64,000 bases of DNA from an uncultured Arcobacteraceae bacterium (GCA_964022095.1 CAXHZO010000003.1:32001-96000); one strand, 5' to 3'. Positions 33,528-43,087 are shown, numbered from the stretch's first letter. Notes: generated by a model from the letters alone, not told the origin. A program made the numbers and translations.

Positions 33528-34352
33528 GTGTCATCTACAACTATATTAGAAAAGATTGAATCCCTTCCACCGTTACCTAAAACTATTGTTGAAATAGAAG
33601 AGTTTAGAAAAAAACAAGATAAAGAGGCTTCTGAACTTTTAGAAATAATACAAAAAGATGCTTTAATAATTTCTACTTTACTTAAAATCTCAAATTCAGC
33701 TATGTTTGGGTTTAGAAGTAAGGTAGAAACACCAAGTAGAGCAATTAATCTTTTAGGAATTAATTTCACTGTTTCTATAGCTATTGGTGGAACAGTTCAG
33801 AATATGCTTGCGTCAAATTTAGATCCTTACGGTATAAATAGTGATGATTTTATGAGAGCATCAAATATATCTTCAACATTAGTAAATCTTTGGCTTTCAA
33901 AAGTTGATTTTGATCTTAAAGAGGAGTTAGTACTTCCTGCACTTTTACAAGAAGCTGGAAAATTTGTCTTAGCAGATATTATTTTAAGTGAGAATAAACT
34001 TGATGAGTTTACTTCAAAACTATCTCAGTCAAAAGATATAGTTGCAACTGAAAAAGAAGTTATTGGTATCACAACAGCAGAAACTACAGCAAAGATATTT
34101 AATCACTGGAAACTAAGCGAAAAACTTGTTAATATTATTGAGCATGTAGATGATATCAAAAATTGTGATCCTGCATACAAAGTAAAATCTCAATACCTAG
34201 ATGTTATTAAAACTGCATGTAATGTTTCTGATCCATTAAGTGATGAGAATATTGAGCAAGCTACTAAAAAAGCTCAAGCATATGGTTTTGATACAAAAAA
34301 ACTTTTATCAGCTATTGAAAAACTCCAAGATAGACTTTTAGACGAACTATAA
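33528..34352 (+). CDS. Stand-alone HDOD domain protein
   Basis: LPPLP, LKISNSAMFG, HWKL; the HD position reads QE (LLQEAGK). GTG start. Confidence 0.9.
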   Translation: MSSTTILEKIESLPPLPKTIVEIEEFRKKQDKEASELLEIIQKDALIISTLLKISNSAMFGFRSKVETPSRAINLLGINFTVSIAIGGTVQNMLASNLDPYGINSDDFMRASNISSTLVNLWLSKVDFDLKEELVLPALLQEAGKFVLADIILSENKLDEFTSKLSQSKDIVATEKEVIGITTAETTAKIFNHWKLSEKLVNIIEHVDDIKNCDPAYKVKSQYLDVIKTACNVSDPLSDENIEQATKKAQAYGFDTKKLLSAIEKLQDRLLDEL

Positions 34353-34961
34353 GCCTTGAAGTAGGATATCCCAAAGATATTCTACTTCTTCTTTATTTAG
34401 AGTAATTAAATTTTTATTTTCAAACAATTCTTTTATTTTTTTTATTTCAAATATTTTAGAGTATGTACATTTCGCATGAACTGGTAAAAAACCTCTTACT
34501 AATGAAATTGATTCTTCAATTGTAGTTTCACATAATAAACATTCATAATCAGTATGCAATCTTCCTTCATACTCTAATAGTGTCACATATGATTGTAAAA
34601 TTGCTCTTAAGGCATTTTGTTTTTCTAGTATAAAAATTAGATTATCTAATGCATAAAAATAAAATGGATCGATTTGTTCTATATCTTTTAGGTGGGGATA
34701 AAATAGTTTTATATATCTTTGCCAACAATACATTTTTTCATTATCTAATATCCATTTAAATGGAATTTGTATTACATCTTTAAGTCTTGGAATACTTGAT
34801 CTTGTAGTTTCTAATTCGAAGTCAATTTTATATCCAACATTAATATTAGAGTGCCTTGCTCCATAAAATCTATAAGCTGTGATAACTTCATTCTCAGTAA
34901 GTAGTGATACTATAAGATCATCATCTTTTACAGGTTTTATATCAATTATATAACCTTGCAT
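34347..34961 (-). CDS. recO: Campylobacterota-type recombination protein RecO
   Basis: MQGYI..DDLIV..YRFYGARHS; CLLC..HAKC zinc motif. Confidence 0.85.
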   Translation of the reverse strand: MQGYIIDIKPVKDDDLIVSLLTENEVITAYRFYGARHSNINVGYKIDFELETTRSSIPRLKDVIQIPFKWILDNEKMYCWQRYIKLFYPHLKDIEQIDPFYFYALDNLIFILEKQNALRAILQSYVTLLEYEGRLHTDYECLLCETTIEESISLVRGFLPVHAKCTYSKIFEIKKIKELFENKNLITLNKEEVEYLWDILLQGL

Positions 34962-35102
34962 TTAAATTTAGCATCCTTTTTAATTTGAATTGTTACTTTT
35001 TGGTTTCAAAGATTATATCAAAAAAGAACTACTCTTTTGCTTCAATATAATCACATGAATTTTTAGATAAAATATCATAAATAATTTAAGTAAGGAAATT
35101 AA

Positions 35103-35423
35103 ATGTCAGAATTCAATAATGTATCAATTGCAAAAGCTGCAAATGTTTTATTTGATGGAAATATTACAAGTAGAACTATAGTTTTTGAAGATGGATCTAG
35201 AAAAACATTAGGAATTATGTTACCAGGAGAGTATGAGTTAAATACTGTTCATAAAGAAGTTATGGATATTCAAAGAGGTTCATTAGAAGTTATGTTACCT
35301 GCTGAAGATTGGATGAAAATTGAAGGACCAGCTACTTTTGATATTCCAGCAAACTCAAAATTTAAATTAAGAGTGCATTCATTAGTTGATTATTGTTGTT
35401 CTTTTATAAAAAATAAAATCTAA
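35103..35423 (+). CDS. ppnP: Pyrimidine/purine nucleoside phosphorylase (DUF1255)
   Basis: [34 protein letters not shown]. Confidence 0.88.
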   Translation: MSEFNNVSIAKAANVLFDGNITSRTIVFEDGSRKTLGIMLPGEYELNTVHKEVMDIQRGSLEVMLPAEDWMKIEGPATFDIPANSKFKLRVHSLVDYCCSFIKNKI

Positions 35424-35439
35424 TTCTTGTCATTTAATA

Positions 35440-35462
35440 ACAATGCGAAATAATCGCATTGT
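35440..35462. terminator. Hairpin between convergent ppnP and NosL-like gene
   Basis: ACAATGCGA-AATAA-TCGCATTGT. Confidence 0.65.
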
Positions 35463-35472
35463 ATTATGACTG

Positions 35473-36567
35473 TTAATATAACATCTCTTCTTTTATTTCA
35501 TTAAATTTTAAAATCTTTTTTCCAAAGTGATCATTTAAAAATTTTTGTGCTTTTTCTTTTGTTTTAAAAGGTATTAACTCTTCGCCCATTGGCCCATAAA
35601 TATTTGAACCTATTACATAAAATGCTTTTTTAGCATCCATTGAATTTAAAGTATAATAATCTGTAACTTTAATATTTTCAAAATCATTTGTTGTGTGATT
35701 ATGAGCAAATTTAGTTGGATTAAAATAGAACTTCATCATATCTTTAACCCCATCAAAATAATGCTGGTGCTTATCTTTTACAATAATAGTTGCTACCCAT
35801 TTAGGATATTTAGATACAAACATTCCACATACAGGACATTTTGCATTATCTGGTACATTTATTATTTTATTTTTATCTACTGCTAATATTGGATTATATA
35901 AGTAAATTGAAACAGATTGAAGCATTTTTGGTTTTAAGTTCTTGCAGCTTTTATTATCTATTAAATACTGCTTTGCTTCCCCAATTGAGTTAAACTCTTT
36001 AGTGACTTCTTGGCACATAGCATTATAGATTTTTTTACCTTTTTGTGCCATTTTAATTCTATTTTTGTTTATCATTTTGTCATCTTTAACAAAATCTTTT
36101 TTAGCAATTTTTAATGCCTTTTTGTAATTGTAAATCTCACCTCCAAACTTTTTTTGGAAAGTTTCTGCTTCAATTTTATTTTTAAAAGCATATTTACTTA
36201 CTGCACTCATAGTACCTTTTTTAGAACTACCAACAACATAAAATGCACTTTTAGCATCAATCAATTTTAGACTATTTGTATCAACAACTTGTACTTGTTT
36301 AATTTTAGCACTATGGGCATTGTCAATTTTTGCTTGACAATGAATTGAACAGTACTGTTCTTTGTGACCATTTTTAAACTCAGTTACATGACTTGTTTTA
36401 TAGAACTTAGTTAAATGCATCCCACATACATTACAAAAGTTTTTACTAGAGTCTTTTTTTACTAATGTTGCCTCTTTTGGGCTTACAGTTTGAAACATCT
36501 CTTGGGCATTTAAAGATGTAATTAAAGTAAATGTGAATAAAAATAGTAAGAGTTTACTTTTTAACAT
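35473..36567 (-). CDS. Periplasmic protein with two NosL-like domains
   Basis: Signal peptide; CNVCGM..YCSIHC..AFYVVGS..GTM and CPVCGM..FDGVKDM..AFYVIGS..GPMG. Confidence 0.85.
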   Translation of the reverse strand: MLKSKLLLFLFTFTLITSLNAQEMFQTVSPKEATLVKKDSSKNFCNVCGMHLTKFYKTSHVTEFKNGHKEQYCSIHCQAKIDNAHSAKIKQVQVVDTNSLKLIDAKSAFYVVGSSKKGTMSAVSKYAFKNKIEAETFQKKFGGEIYNYKKALKIAKKDFVKDDKMINKNRIKMAQKGKKIYNAMCQEVTKEFNSIGEAKQYLIDNKSCKNLKPKMLQSVSIYLYNPILAVDKNKIINVPDNAKCPVCGMFVSKYPKWVATIIVKDKHQHYFDGVKDMMKFYFNPTKFAHNHTTNDFENIKVTDYYTLNSMDAKKAFYVIGSNIYGPMGEELIPFKTKEKAQKFLNDHFGKKILKFNEIKEEMLY

Positions 36568-36645
36568 AATATTTCCTTTTTTTGATTGGAAATATTATAT
36601 TAATTAAGAGTTAATTTTGTGTTAAAAAAAGAAATTAATTCTCTT

Positions 36646-39288
36646 TTATCTCCACCATGAGAACCAACTGTTAAACCACCAGTTGATAAAACTAATTACA
36701 GGTTCAGGTTTTTTAGTAAGTTTGATATTATAAGTGTTAAAACTATTCAATGTTAATTCTACTTCACTATCACTAATTTTAGATGCATAATCTGCTCCAC
36801 TAAACTTATAGTATGAATAAGAATTTTTAAGTTTAATTCTAATTTTACCTTCACCTTTAATCGTGAAATCTAATAAATCTCCATCACCATTTAATGAAAT
36901 TAATTCAGATCTCATTGGAAGAGTTGAAATATGAGTTACATCATCAGTTGTTGTTCCAAGTTCTACATTAAATTCACCAGCATCTTTATCTAAGAAAACT
37001 TTATTATCATTATATGCATACCAATTAGTAACATTTTTGATTTTTTGATTTCCTGGAATTTCAATTGCTAATTTACCTGCATCATTTGAATCCACTATAA
37101 CTTTTACTTCACTTCCAAGGTTTTCTATAGTTATTTTACTATTCTTAAATGTTTCAATTCTTTGTGCTAAGTCAATAGCAGTAACAAACTCTGCACCACT
37201 GTTGTAAGCTAATCTAATAGTATTAGTAAACATCTCTACACTATAAGGATTAGCAAGTTGTGTAGAAGTAGTTGGACCATAATCATGCCAAGGCCAATGT
37301 GCAATTGGTGTTGATGCATGTGCTGTTATAGTTTTAAATTCATCTTCCCAATATTTAAGTGCTTCAGAAGCGCTTAATGGTTGAGGATAATATGTTTCAG
37401 TTTCTGTATTATAAACAGGAATTCCAAATTCCATCAATGTAAAATCAAAACTCATATTTGGACTTAAATATACTTTTGTATCATCAGGAGTTAAATATCC
37501 AAATGAATTAGGATAACCTCTACCTGCACCTGAATAGCCACCAGTTAAGTAATCTAAATATTGTAATATATTTTGTGCAACTTCTACATCTTCAGGAGTA
37601 CCAGGAACTGCACCACCTCTTATATTTTCACCTTGCCAAGTAGGATTTAAATAACTACCTATAATATCCATAGAATTATTGAATTCAAATTGAATATCTA
37701 CTGAAGAATCATTTGTATCATGTGGATGAGTATTTGAATGCGTACCTATTTCATTTCCTAAAGCTATAAATTGCTTATAAATTGGTTGAGAGTAAGACCA
37801 GTTTGTTTGATACTCTGGTGGATTATTACCAATATTAATATAATAGCTTCCTACAAAATTATATCTATTTTTCCAATTTTGTAATAAGCCTAATAAAGGT
37901 GTTTCTACATTTTGTACTTCTTCAATTACACTTGATTGATCCATATCATTTCTTGATACAAATAAAGATTCATTTCTACCAAGTTTTAATGATACTACTT
38001 GATCATTACCATAAACTGACCATTGAATAGCTGACCATAATAGGTTTGAATCACCCATAAATGCTAATGAACTAAAGTGTACATTTCTACCACCAGTAGT
38101 TGATGCTAAGACAGCATCATATGAAGTTGTACCATTAATTGTTTGTGTTGCTAAAGAAGTTGTTTCTTGTTTAACTGTGCCGTTAGTAGCACCTTCATAG
38201 TAGCTATACCATCTATTTGGAATAGAAGTATAATCTAAAATCGTTTCTCCTGTAGTATAACCTTTCATCGCTAGATGTGTAGTCTCACCTGCATTTAATG
38301 TAAGGGTAACTGGACCATTCCCATCAACTCTTCCAACACCTAGAATCTGTTTCATTGTAGAATAAGAATCTCCACTAGTTGCTGTACCATCTTCATAGTT
38401 AGTCATTAAATCACCAGCTGTAATAATTCCAATGTTATAGTCATATACTGCTTGCAATAGCGTTTTTTTAATTAACTGTGAGTTTTCTTGTTTGTGGTAA
38501 GCAAATGATGGAAAAATTATTGTGTCATAATTTACTAATTTAGAAATGTCAGTTAAATCATCTTCACTTAATAATTCAAATGGAACACCTGCCATCATTG
38601 ATTGATATTGCATTGTCATAAATAATTGTGAATATGCCTTTTGAATTGATAAATCTTTGTCATAGAATTGATTTTTTGTAGATTCAGAGTAAACAACAGC
38701 AACTTTTTTTGTTAAATCAGTTCTTATTGGAGATTTAAAATCTTTAGCTAATGCAGTTAAAGGTTCAGCAAAATAGTTTGAAGGAATATATGTAGAATCA
38801 TTTATATCAATAAGTAATTCTAAGTCATTTTGAACTGATCCAATAAGTGAACTAGGAATAGAAAATTCTAATACGGTTTTAGCTGAATTATAACTATGAG
38901 TTAAAGGTCCATATACAAATGTTCCATATGGTTCAGTTGAATATAAATAAGGTAATCCATCTTCTGCAATATTTATATAATATTCTGCACCTAATAATCC
39001 ACCAAAGATTTGATAACCTGTATCTTCATTTTTATCAGTATTAAGCCAAACTGTAGTGTTCGTATTGATTTGTGTATTTGTATCTTGAGTATCTAATGCA
39101 AAATAATATGTAGAATTAATACTTGAATATTCAGAATAAACAAAATCACCTGTAGCAATATTTAAAGGTAAGTTATTTGGAATATTTATTTTTTGAGAAG
39201 GTTTCCATTCTGTTAAACTTCCATCAATTGTAATTGATGCAAATGTTGAAGAAATTACTAATAAAAAACTTGCAATTATCTTTCTCAT
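36646..39288 (-). CDS. Large secreted multidomain polysaccharide deacetylase-like protein (880 aa)
   Basis: Signal peptide; ITIDGSLTEW beta-rich N-domain; KKVAVVYS..GVPFELLSEDDL..YDTIIFP GATase-like/trimerisation-type domain; SRNDMD and GNEIGTHSNTHP CE4/NodB-like metal motifs. Confidence 0.6.
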   Translation of the reverse strand: MRKIIASFLLVISSTFASITIDGSLTEWKPSQKINIPNNLPLNIATGDFVYSEYSSINSTYYFALDTQDTNTQINTNTTVWLNTDKNEDTGYQIFGGLLGAEYYINIAEDGLPYLYSTEPYGTFVYGPLTHSYNSAKTVLEFSIPSSLIGSVQNDLELLIDINDSTYIPSNYFAEPLTALAKDFKSPIRTDLTKKVAVVYSESTKNQFYDKDLSIQKAYSQLFMTMQYQSMMAGVPFELLSEDDLTDISKLVNYDTIIFPSFAYHKQENSQLIKKTLLQAVYDYNIGIITAGDLMTNYEDGTATSGDSYSTMKQILGVGRVDGNGPVTLTLNAGETTHLAMKGYTTGETILDYTSIPNRWYSYYEGATNGTVKQETTSLATQTINGTTSYDAVLASTTGGRNVHFSSLAFMGDSNLLWSAIQWSVYGNDQVVSLKLGRNESLFVSRNDMDQSSVIEEVQNVETPLLGLLQNWKNRYNFVGSYYINIGNNPPEYQTNWSYSQPIYKQFIALGNEIGTHSNTHPHDTNDSSVDIQFEFNNSMDIIGSYLNPTWQGENIRGGAVPGTPEDVEVAQNILQYLDYLTGGYSGAGRGYPNSFGYLTPDDTKVYLSPNMSFDFTLMEFGIPVYNTETETYYPQPLSASEALKYWEDEFKTITAHASTPIAHWPWHDYGPTTSTQLANPYSVEMFTNTIRLAYNSGAEFVTAIDLAQRIETFKNSKITIENLGSEVKVIVDSNDAGKLAIEIPGNQKIKNVTNWYAYNDNKVFLDKDAGEFNVELGTTTDDVTHISTLPMRSELISLNGDGDLLDFTIKGEGKIRIKLKNSYSYYKFSGADYASKISDSEVELTLNSFNTYNIKLTKKPEPVISFINWWFNSWFSWWR

Positions 39289-39899
39289 TTTATTTCTCCT
39301 ACAATAGTTAAGCCATCAGTAAGAAAACCACTTTCAGTTAATGTTTTATCAAAAGTTGCATCAATAGCTGTAGCTTCATCTAAATTTACATTAAATAGTT
39401 TTGCTTTTGAAAAGTTTACATAATCACAAATAGTTTGTGATAAGTCACTATTTTGAATTTTTGTTTTTGTTAGATTTGAAAAGGCTAAATCGCTTCCTTT
39501 TAAATTAACATTTTGAAGTGATGCTTTTTCTAAATTTATGTTTTGTAGATATGAAGAAGATAAATCTACATTGCTTAATTTAGCTTTTGTAAAATTTGCA
39601 TATGCAAAATCTGAATTTTTTAGATTTACATTTTTGAATTTTGAGTTTGTTAAGTTAGCACCTTGTAAATTAACACCTTCTAAGTTTATTTTTTCAAAAA
39701 CTAAATTTGATAAATCACAAGAAACGCAGCTCTTTGTTTTTAATAATTGCTCTTTTGGAGATTGTTCTGTCTCATCAATAACACTTTTTGCTTCACTTAT
39801 ATTAAATACTTGTTTATTTTGTGCAAATAGTGTAGCTGTGCCCAAAAACAAACATGTAGTTGCAAATACAATGGTTATTCTTTTTTTTGAATTGTACAT
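39285..39899 (-). CDS. Exported pentapeptide-repeat protein
   Basis: Signal peptide, LLKTKSCVSCDLS cap, about 20 A/S-N/D-L/F-x-x repeats; ATGA overlap with the next gene. Confidence 0.92.
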   Translation of the reverse strand: MYNSKKRITIVFATTCLFLGTATLFAQNKQVFNISEAKSVIDETEQSPKEQLLKTKSCVSCDLSNLVFEKINLEGVNLQGANLTNSKFKNVNLKNSDFAYANFTKAKLSNVDLSSSYLQNINLEKASLQNVNLKGSDLAFSNLTKTKIQNSDLSQTICDYVNFSKAKLFNVNLDEATAIDATFDKTLTESGFLTDGLTIVGEIK

Positions 39900-40103
39900 T
39901 TATAGTTTCCTTGATAGTTTTAATAAATCATATTTTAACATTATTATTTTATATTTTTTATAGTTATTAGTATAGAATTAAGATAATTTTTTTAATAACT
40001 TACTAAAGTTAAAAATAGCAGTATATTTAAGGTTAAATAATTAAAAATAATAGAGTAAAGTTTTATATAGAGTTAATTTGAAAATAGAATATAAAATTTT
40101 TAT

Positions 40104-40137
40104 AAAAAAAGGTAGAAGCTAAAAGCTCCTACCTTTT
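40104..40137 (-). terminator. Rho-independent terminator of the superoxide reductase gene
   Basis: Minus strand AAAAGGTAGGAGCT-TTT-AGCTTCTACC followed by T7. Confidence 0.85.
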
Positions 40138-40158
40138 AAACATAGCAGTGTATGTAGA

Positions 40159-40545
40159 TTATGCTTCTACAGAAACTTCAACTGGAGTTGATTCCCAGAT
40201 ACCATGTTTAGTACAGTAACCGTGAGCAACTAAGTTTAATTTTTTGCTAGTTGGAATAATAGTAAATGTAGTAGTGTTATGTGCTTTAACATTTCCTAAA
40301 GTTCCTGGAACATAAGAAGCTTTTGCTAATTGTGTTTCACCATTAAATAATGTAACAGACTCAATGAAGTGATCAAAATCATCTGGATGAGTATATTCGT
40401 TACCCATTTTAACAGTTACTTCAAATGGCTCACCTGCTTTTGCAGTCTCAGCACAGTGGATAAACGGTGAATGTCTATCAATTAAATCTTTCTTAGCTTC
40501 TCTCTCAACAGTATCAATATCAACATATTTGTTAATTTTTGGCAT
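40159..40545 (-). CDS. Superoxide reductase-like (neelaredoxin / class II SORL) non-heme iron protein
   Basis: RHSP..HPDDFDHFI..YCTKHGIW His4-Cys iron site; no desulforedoxin domain. Confidence 0.9.
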   Translation of the reverse strand: MPKINKYVDIDTVEREAKKDLIDRHSPFIHCAETAKAGEPFEVTVKMGNEYTHPDDFDHFIESVTLFNGETQLAKASYVPGTLGNVKAHNTTTFTIIPTSKKLNLVAHGYCTKHGIWESTPVEVSVEA

Positions 40546-40714
40546 ATTATCTCCTATAAATTATTTTATCAAATGTATTATACAATAATTTTCTTAAATA
40601 AAAACAGGACAACTTGTATCCTATTTGTAAAATTATTAAATGTAGTTACTAATGGTGTCAATCTTGATGTTTTTCAAGTAAAATTAACTATGTACTATTT
40701 ATTTTGCTCTTCTT

Positions 40715-40729
40715 TGATATAATTTTCAA
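40715..40729 (+). promoter_or_regulatory. Extended -10 promoter of thiL (probable leaderless transcript)
   Basis: TGaTATAAT at 40715-40723, 6 nt to the ATG, no SD. Confidence 0.65.
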
Positions 40730-41551
40730 ATGAATAAAGAAGAGTATTTTATAAAACAATTTTCAGAAAATAAAATCATTGGTGATGACGGAGCTGTAAT
40801 TGATGATTTTGTATATTCAACTGATGCTTTTTTTGAAAATGTACATTTTAAAAAAGAGTGGATGAGTTTACAACAAATAGCATATAAGTCTATGATAGTA
40901 AATATTTCAGATGCAATTGCAATGAACGCAGTTCCAAAATATGCATTGTTAAGTGTTGCTATTCCTAAATGTTATAACAATATAGAGTTAAAAGATTTAG
41001 CAAAAGGTTTTAAAAAAGCTGCAAAAGAGTTTGATATAAAAATTATTGGTGGAGATACTATTTCAAATGAAAAACTTGATATTTCTATTACTATTATTTC
41101 AAAAACAAAAAAACCAATTTATAGAAGTGGTGTAAAAAAAGATGATTTAGTATGTTTTACTGGAACACTAGGTAATAGTAAAACAGATTTAAATAAACTT
41201 TTTAATGGTAAAAAAATTTCTAAAAAATCAAAATTTATTAAACCGAAATTAAATCCAAAGTTTTTTTATGAGGCTTCACCTTATATCAATGCTTCAATGG
41301 ATATTTCAGATGGCTTATTTTTTGAGTTAGAAAAGTTATCAAAACAAAGTAAAGTTGGCTTTGATTTCTTCACTGATATAGATAGTTTTACTGGAACATC
41401 TGGAGAAGAGTATGAAATACTATTTTCTTTTAATAAGAAGTATAAAACAAAAATAGAGAAAATCGCAAAAAAACATAAAGTTAAGCTAAATATATTTGCA
41501 AAAGCGATAAAAGGCAAATATAAAACAAAAGCTAAAAATCATCATTTTTAA
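40730..41551 (+). CDS. thiL: Thiamine-monophosphate kinase
   Basis: IGDDGAV, NISDAIAM, IGGDT, MDISDGL, SGEEYE. Confidence 0.95.
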   Translation: MNKEEYFIKQFSENKIIGDDGAVIDDFVYSTDAFFENVHFKKEWMSLQQIAYKSMIVNISDAIAMNAVPKYALLSVAIPKCYNNIELKDLAKGFKKAAKEFDIKIIGGDTISNEKLDISITIISKTKKPIYRSGVKKDDLVCFTGTLGNSKTDLNKLFNGKKISKKSKFIKPKLNPKFFYEASPYINASMDISDGLFFELEKLSKQSKVGFDFFTDIDSFTGTSGEEYEILFSFNKKYKTKIEKIAKKHKVKLNIFAKAIKGKYKTKAKNHHF

Positions 41552-41568
41552 AAAATTAAGGAAACATA

Positions 41569-42633
41569 TTGAATCAATTACAAAGATATTTAAATCATTC
41601 TAAAATAGATGTACTATTTAAGCAAACAAAAGATGATTTTGTTGTTACTGAAGTACCTTTATATGATTTTTCAGGTGAGGGTGAACATCTAATTATAAAA
41701 ATTAGAAAGAAAGATTTAGCAACATGGGATGCCATAGAAATACTTGCAAGACATCTTAATTGTAGCACAAGAGAGTTTGGTTATGCAGGATTAAAAGATA
41801 AAAATGCAATGACTATTCAATCTTTATCTATTCATAAAAAATATGAAGCAGCACTAGAAGAGTTTGATAATCCAAACATTAAAATATTAGAGAAAACTTA
41901 TCACAATAACAAAATAAAAATAGGGCACTTAAAAGGTAATAAGTTCTTTGTTAGATTAAAAAGAGTTAATTTAATTGATGCTAAAAAAATAGAGAATGCT
42001 TTAGGGCAAATAGTTACTTTTGGTATGCCAAACTATTTTGGTTTCCAAAGATTTGGTATTGAAGGTGATAATTATAAAAAAGGTAAAGATATTATTGATG
42101 GTAAATTAAAAGAAAAAAGAAGAAACTTAAGACAAATGTATATTAATTCATATCAAAGTTTCTTGTTTAATAATTGGTTATCAAAAAGAATAGAAATATC
42201 AAAATTAATTGAAGCCTTTGAGCCTAAAGAGATTTACGAAAAATTAAACTTATCACTTGAAGTTGTAAAACAAATGAAAAAGCAGCCTCATCCTTTAAAA
42301 GTTCTTCCAGGAGATATGTTTTCACATTATCCATTTGGAAAGATTTTTACAATTGAAAATTTAGAAGAAGAATCTCAAAAGTTTTTTGATAGAGATAGAG
42401 TTCCAACAGGATTATTATGTGGTAAAAGAGTAAAGCTAAGTGTTGACTTAGCTTTTGAAATAGAAAAAGAATTCGATGAAAAAACTGGAACGGATGGTGC
42501 TAGAAGATTCGCATGGATATTCCCTGATGAAGTGGAAAGTACTTATAAAGAAGATAAAAACTGGATGGAACTTCAGTTTTATTTACCAAAAGGTTCATAT
42601 GCAACTGAACTAATTGCTGAAATAATACACTGA
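41569..42633 (+). CDS. truD: tRNA pseudouridine(13) synthase
   Basis: DFVVTE, GEGEH, YAGLKDK, PNYFGFQRFG, LPKGSYAT. TTG start. Confidence 0.97.
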   Translation: MNQLQRYLNHSKIDVLFKQTKDDFVVTEVPLYDFSGEGEHLIIKIRKKDLATWDAIEILARHLNCSTREFGYAGLKDKNAMTIQSLSIHKKYEAALEEFDNPNIKILEKTYHNNKIKIGHLKGNKFFVRLKRVNLIDAKKIENALGQIVTFGMPNYFGFQRFGIEGDNYKKGKDIIDGKLKEKRRNLRQMYINSYQSFLFNNWLSKRIEISKLIEAFEPKEIYEKLNLSLEVVKQMKKQPHPLKVLPGDMFSHYPFGKIFTIENLEEESQKFFDRDRVPTGLLCGKRVKLSVDLAFEIEKEFDEKTGTDGARRFAWIFPDEVESTYKEDKNWMELQFYLPKGSYATELIAEIIH

Positions 42634-42708
42634 TAATTTTACTTTACTAGATAATAATTAAGTAAAGTTAAGTTAAACTTTATACATAATCTTTAAAAAA
42701 GGGTATGT

Positions 42709-43065
42709 ATGAAGTATGAAGAACTAATTAGTGAATTGTGTGAAGTAATTAAAGAATCAGAAAATAATGCTGAATTAATATATAATAATTGTGAAGACGT
42801 GCAAGAAATTATAAATATCTCAAATTTATCTTATAACGATAAAGAAAAAATCTCTCAAAAATTAACAGAAGTTTTTGGTTTATTACAACATCAAGATTTA
42901 CATAGGCAAAAAATAGAAAGAGTTGTAAATTTTGTTTGTGATAAAAATGATATTGATAAAGCTCAGTATAACTTAGCTCCAAGTGCAAAAAACATTGATA
43001 AGAGTGAAGATAATATGAATGATGAGGATTTAGAAGCTTTAATTAAACAAATGCAAGCTCAATAA
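42709..43065 (+). CDS. Short CheZ-like protein
   Basis: LQHQDLHRQKIERV (D-x3-Q) and C-terminal DEDLEALIKQM helix. Confidence 0.6.
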   Translation: MKYEELISELCEVIKESENNAELIYNNCEDVQEIINISNLSYNDKEKISQKLTEVFGLLQHQDLHRQKIERVVNFVCDKNDIDKAQYNLAPSAKNIDKSEDNMNDEDLEALIKQMQAQ

Positions 43066-43087
43066 AAGAAGTTTAACTTCTTTTATT
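43061..43087. terminator. Inverted repeat between convergent CheZ-like and MCP genes
   Basis: AATAAAAGAAGTT-T-AACTTCTTTTATT. Confidence 0.65.

Noticed and set aside
39538-39963. 141-aa plus-strand ORF with periodic Phe/Lys
   Set aside because: Reverse-complement echo of the pentapeptide repeats.
39900-40103. Very AT-rich intergenic stretch as a possible oriC or mobile element end
   Set aside because: No DnaA-box cluster, terminal inverted repeats or target duplication seen; best read as the promoter region of the pentapeptide operon.
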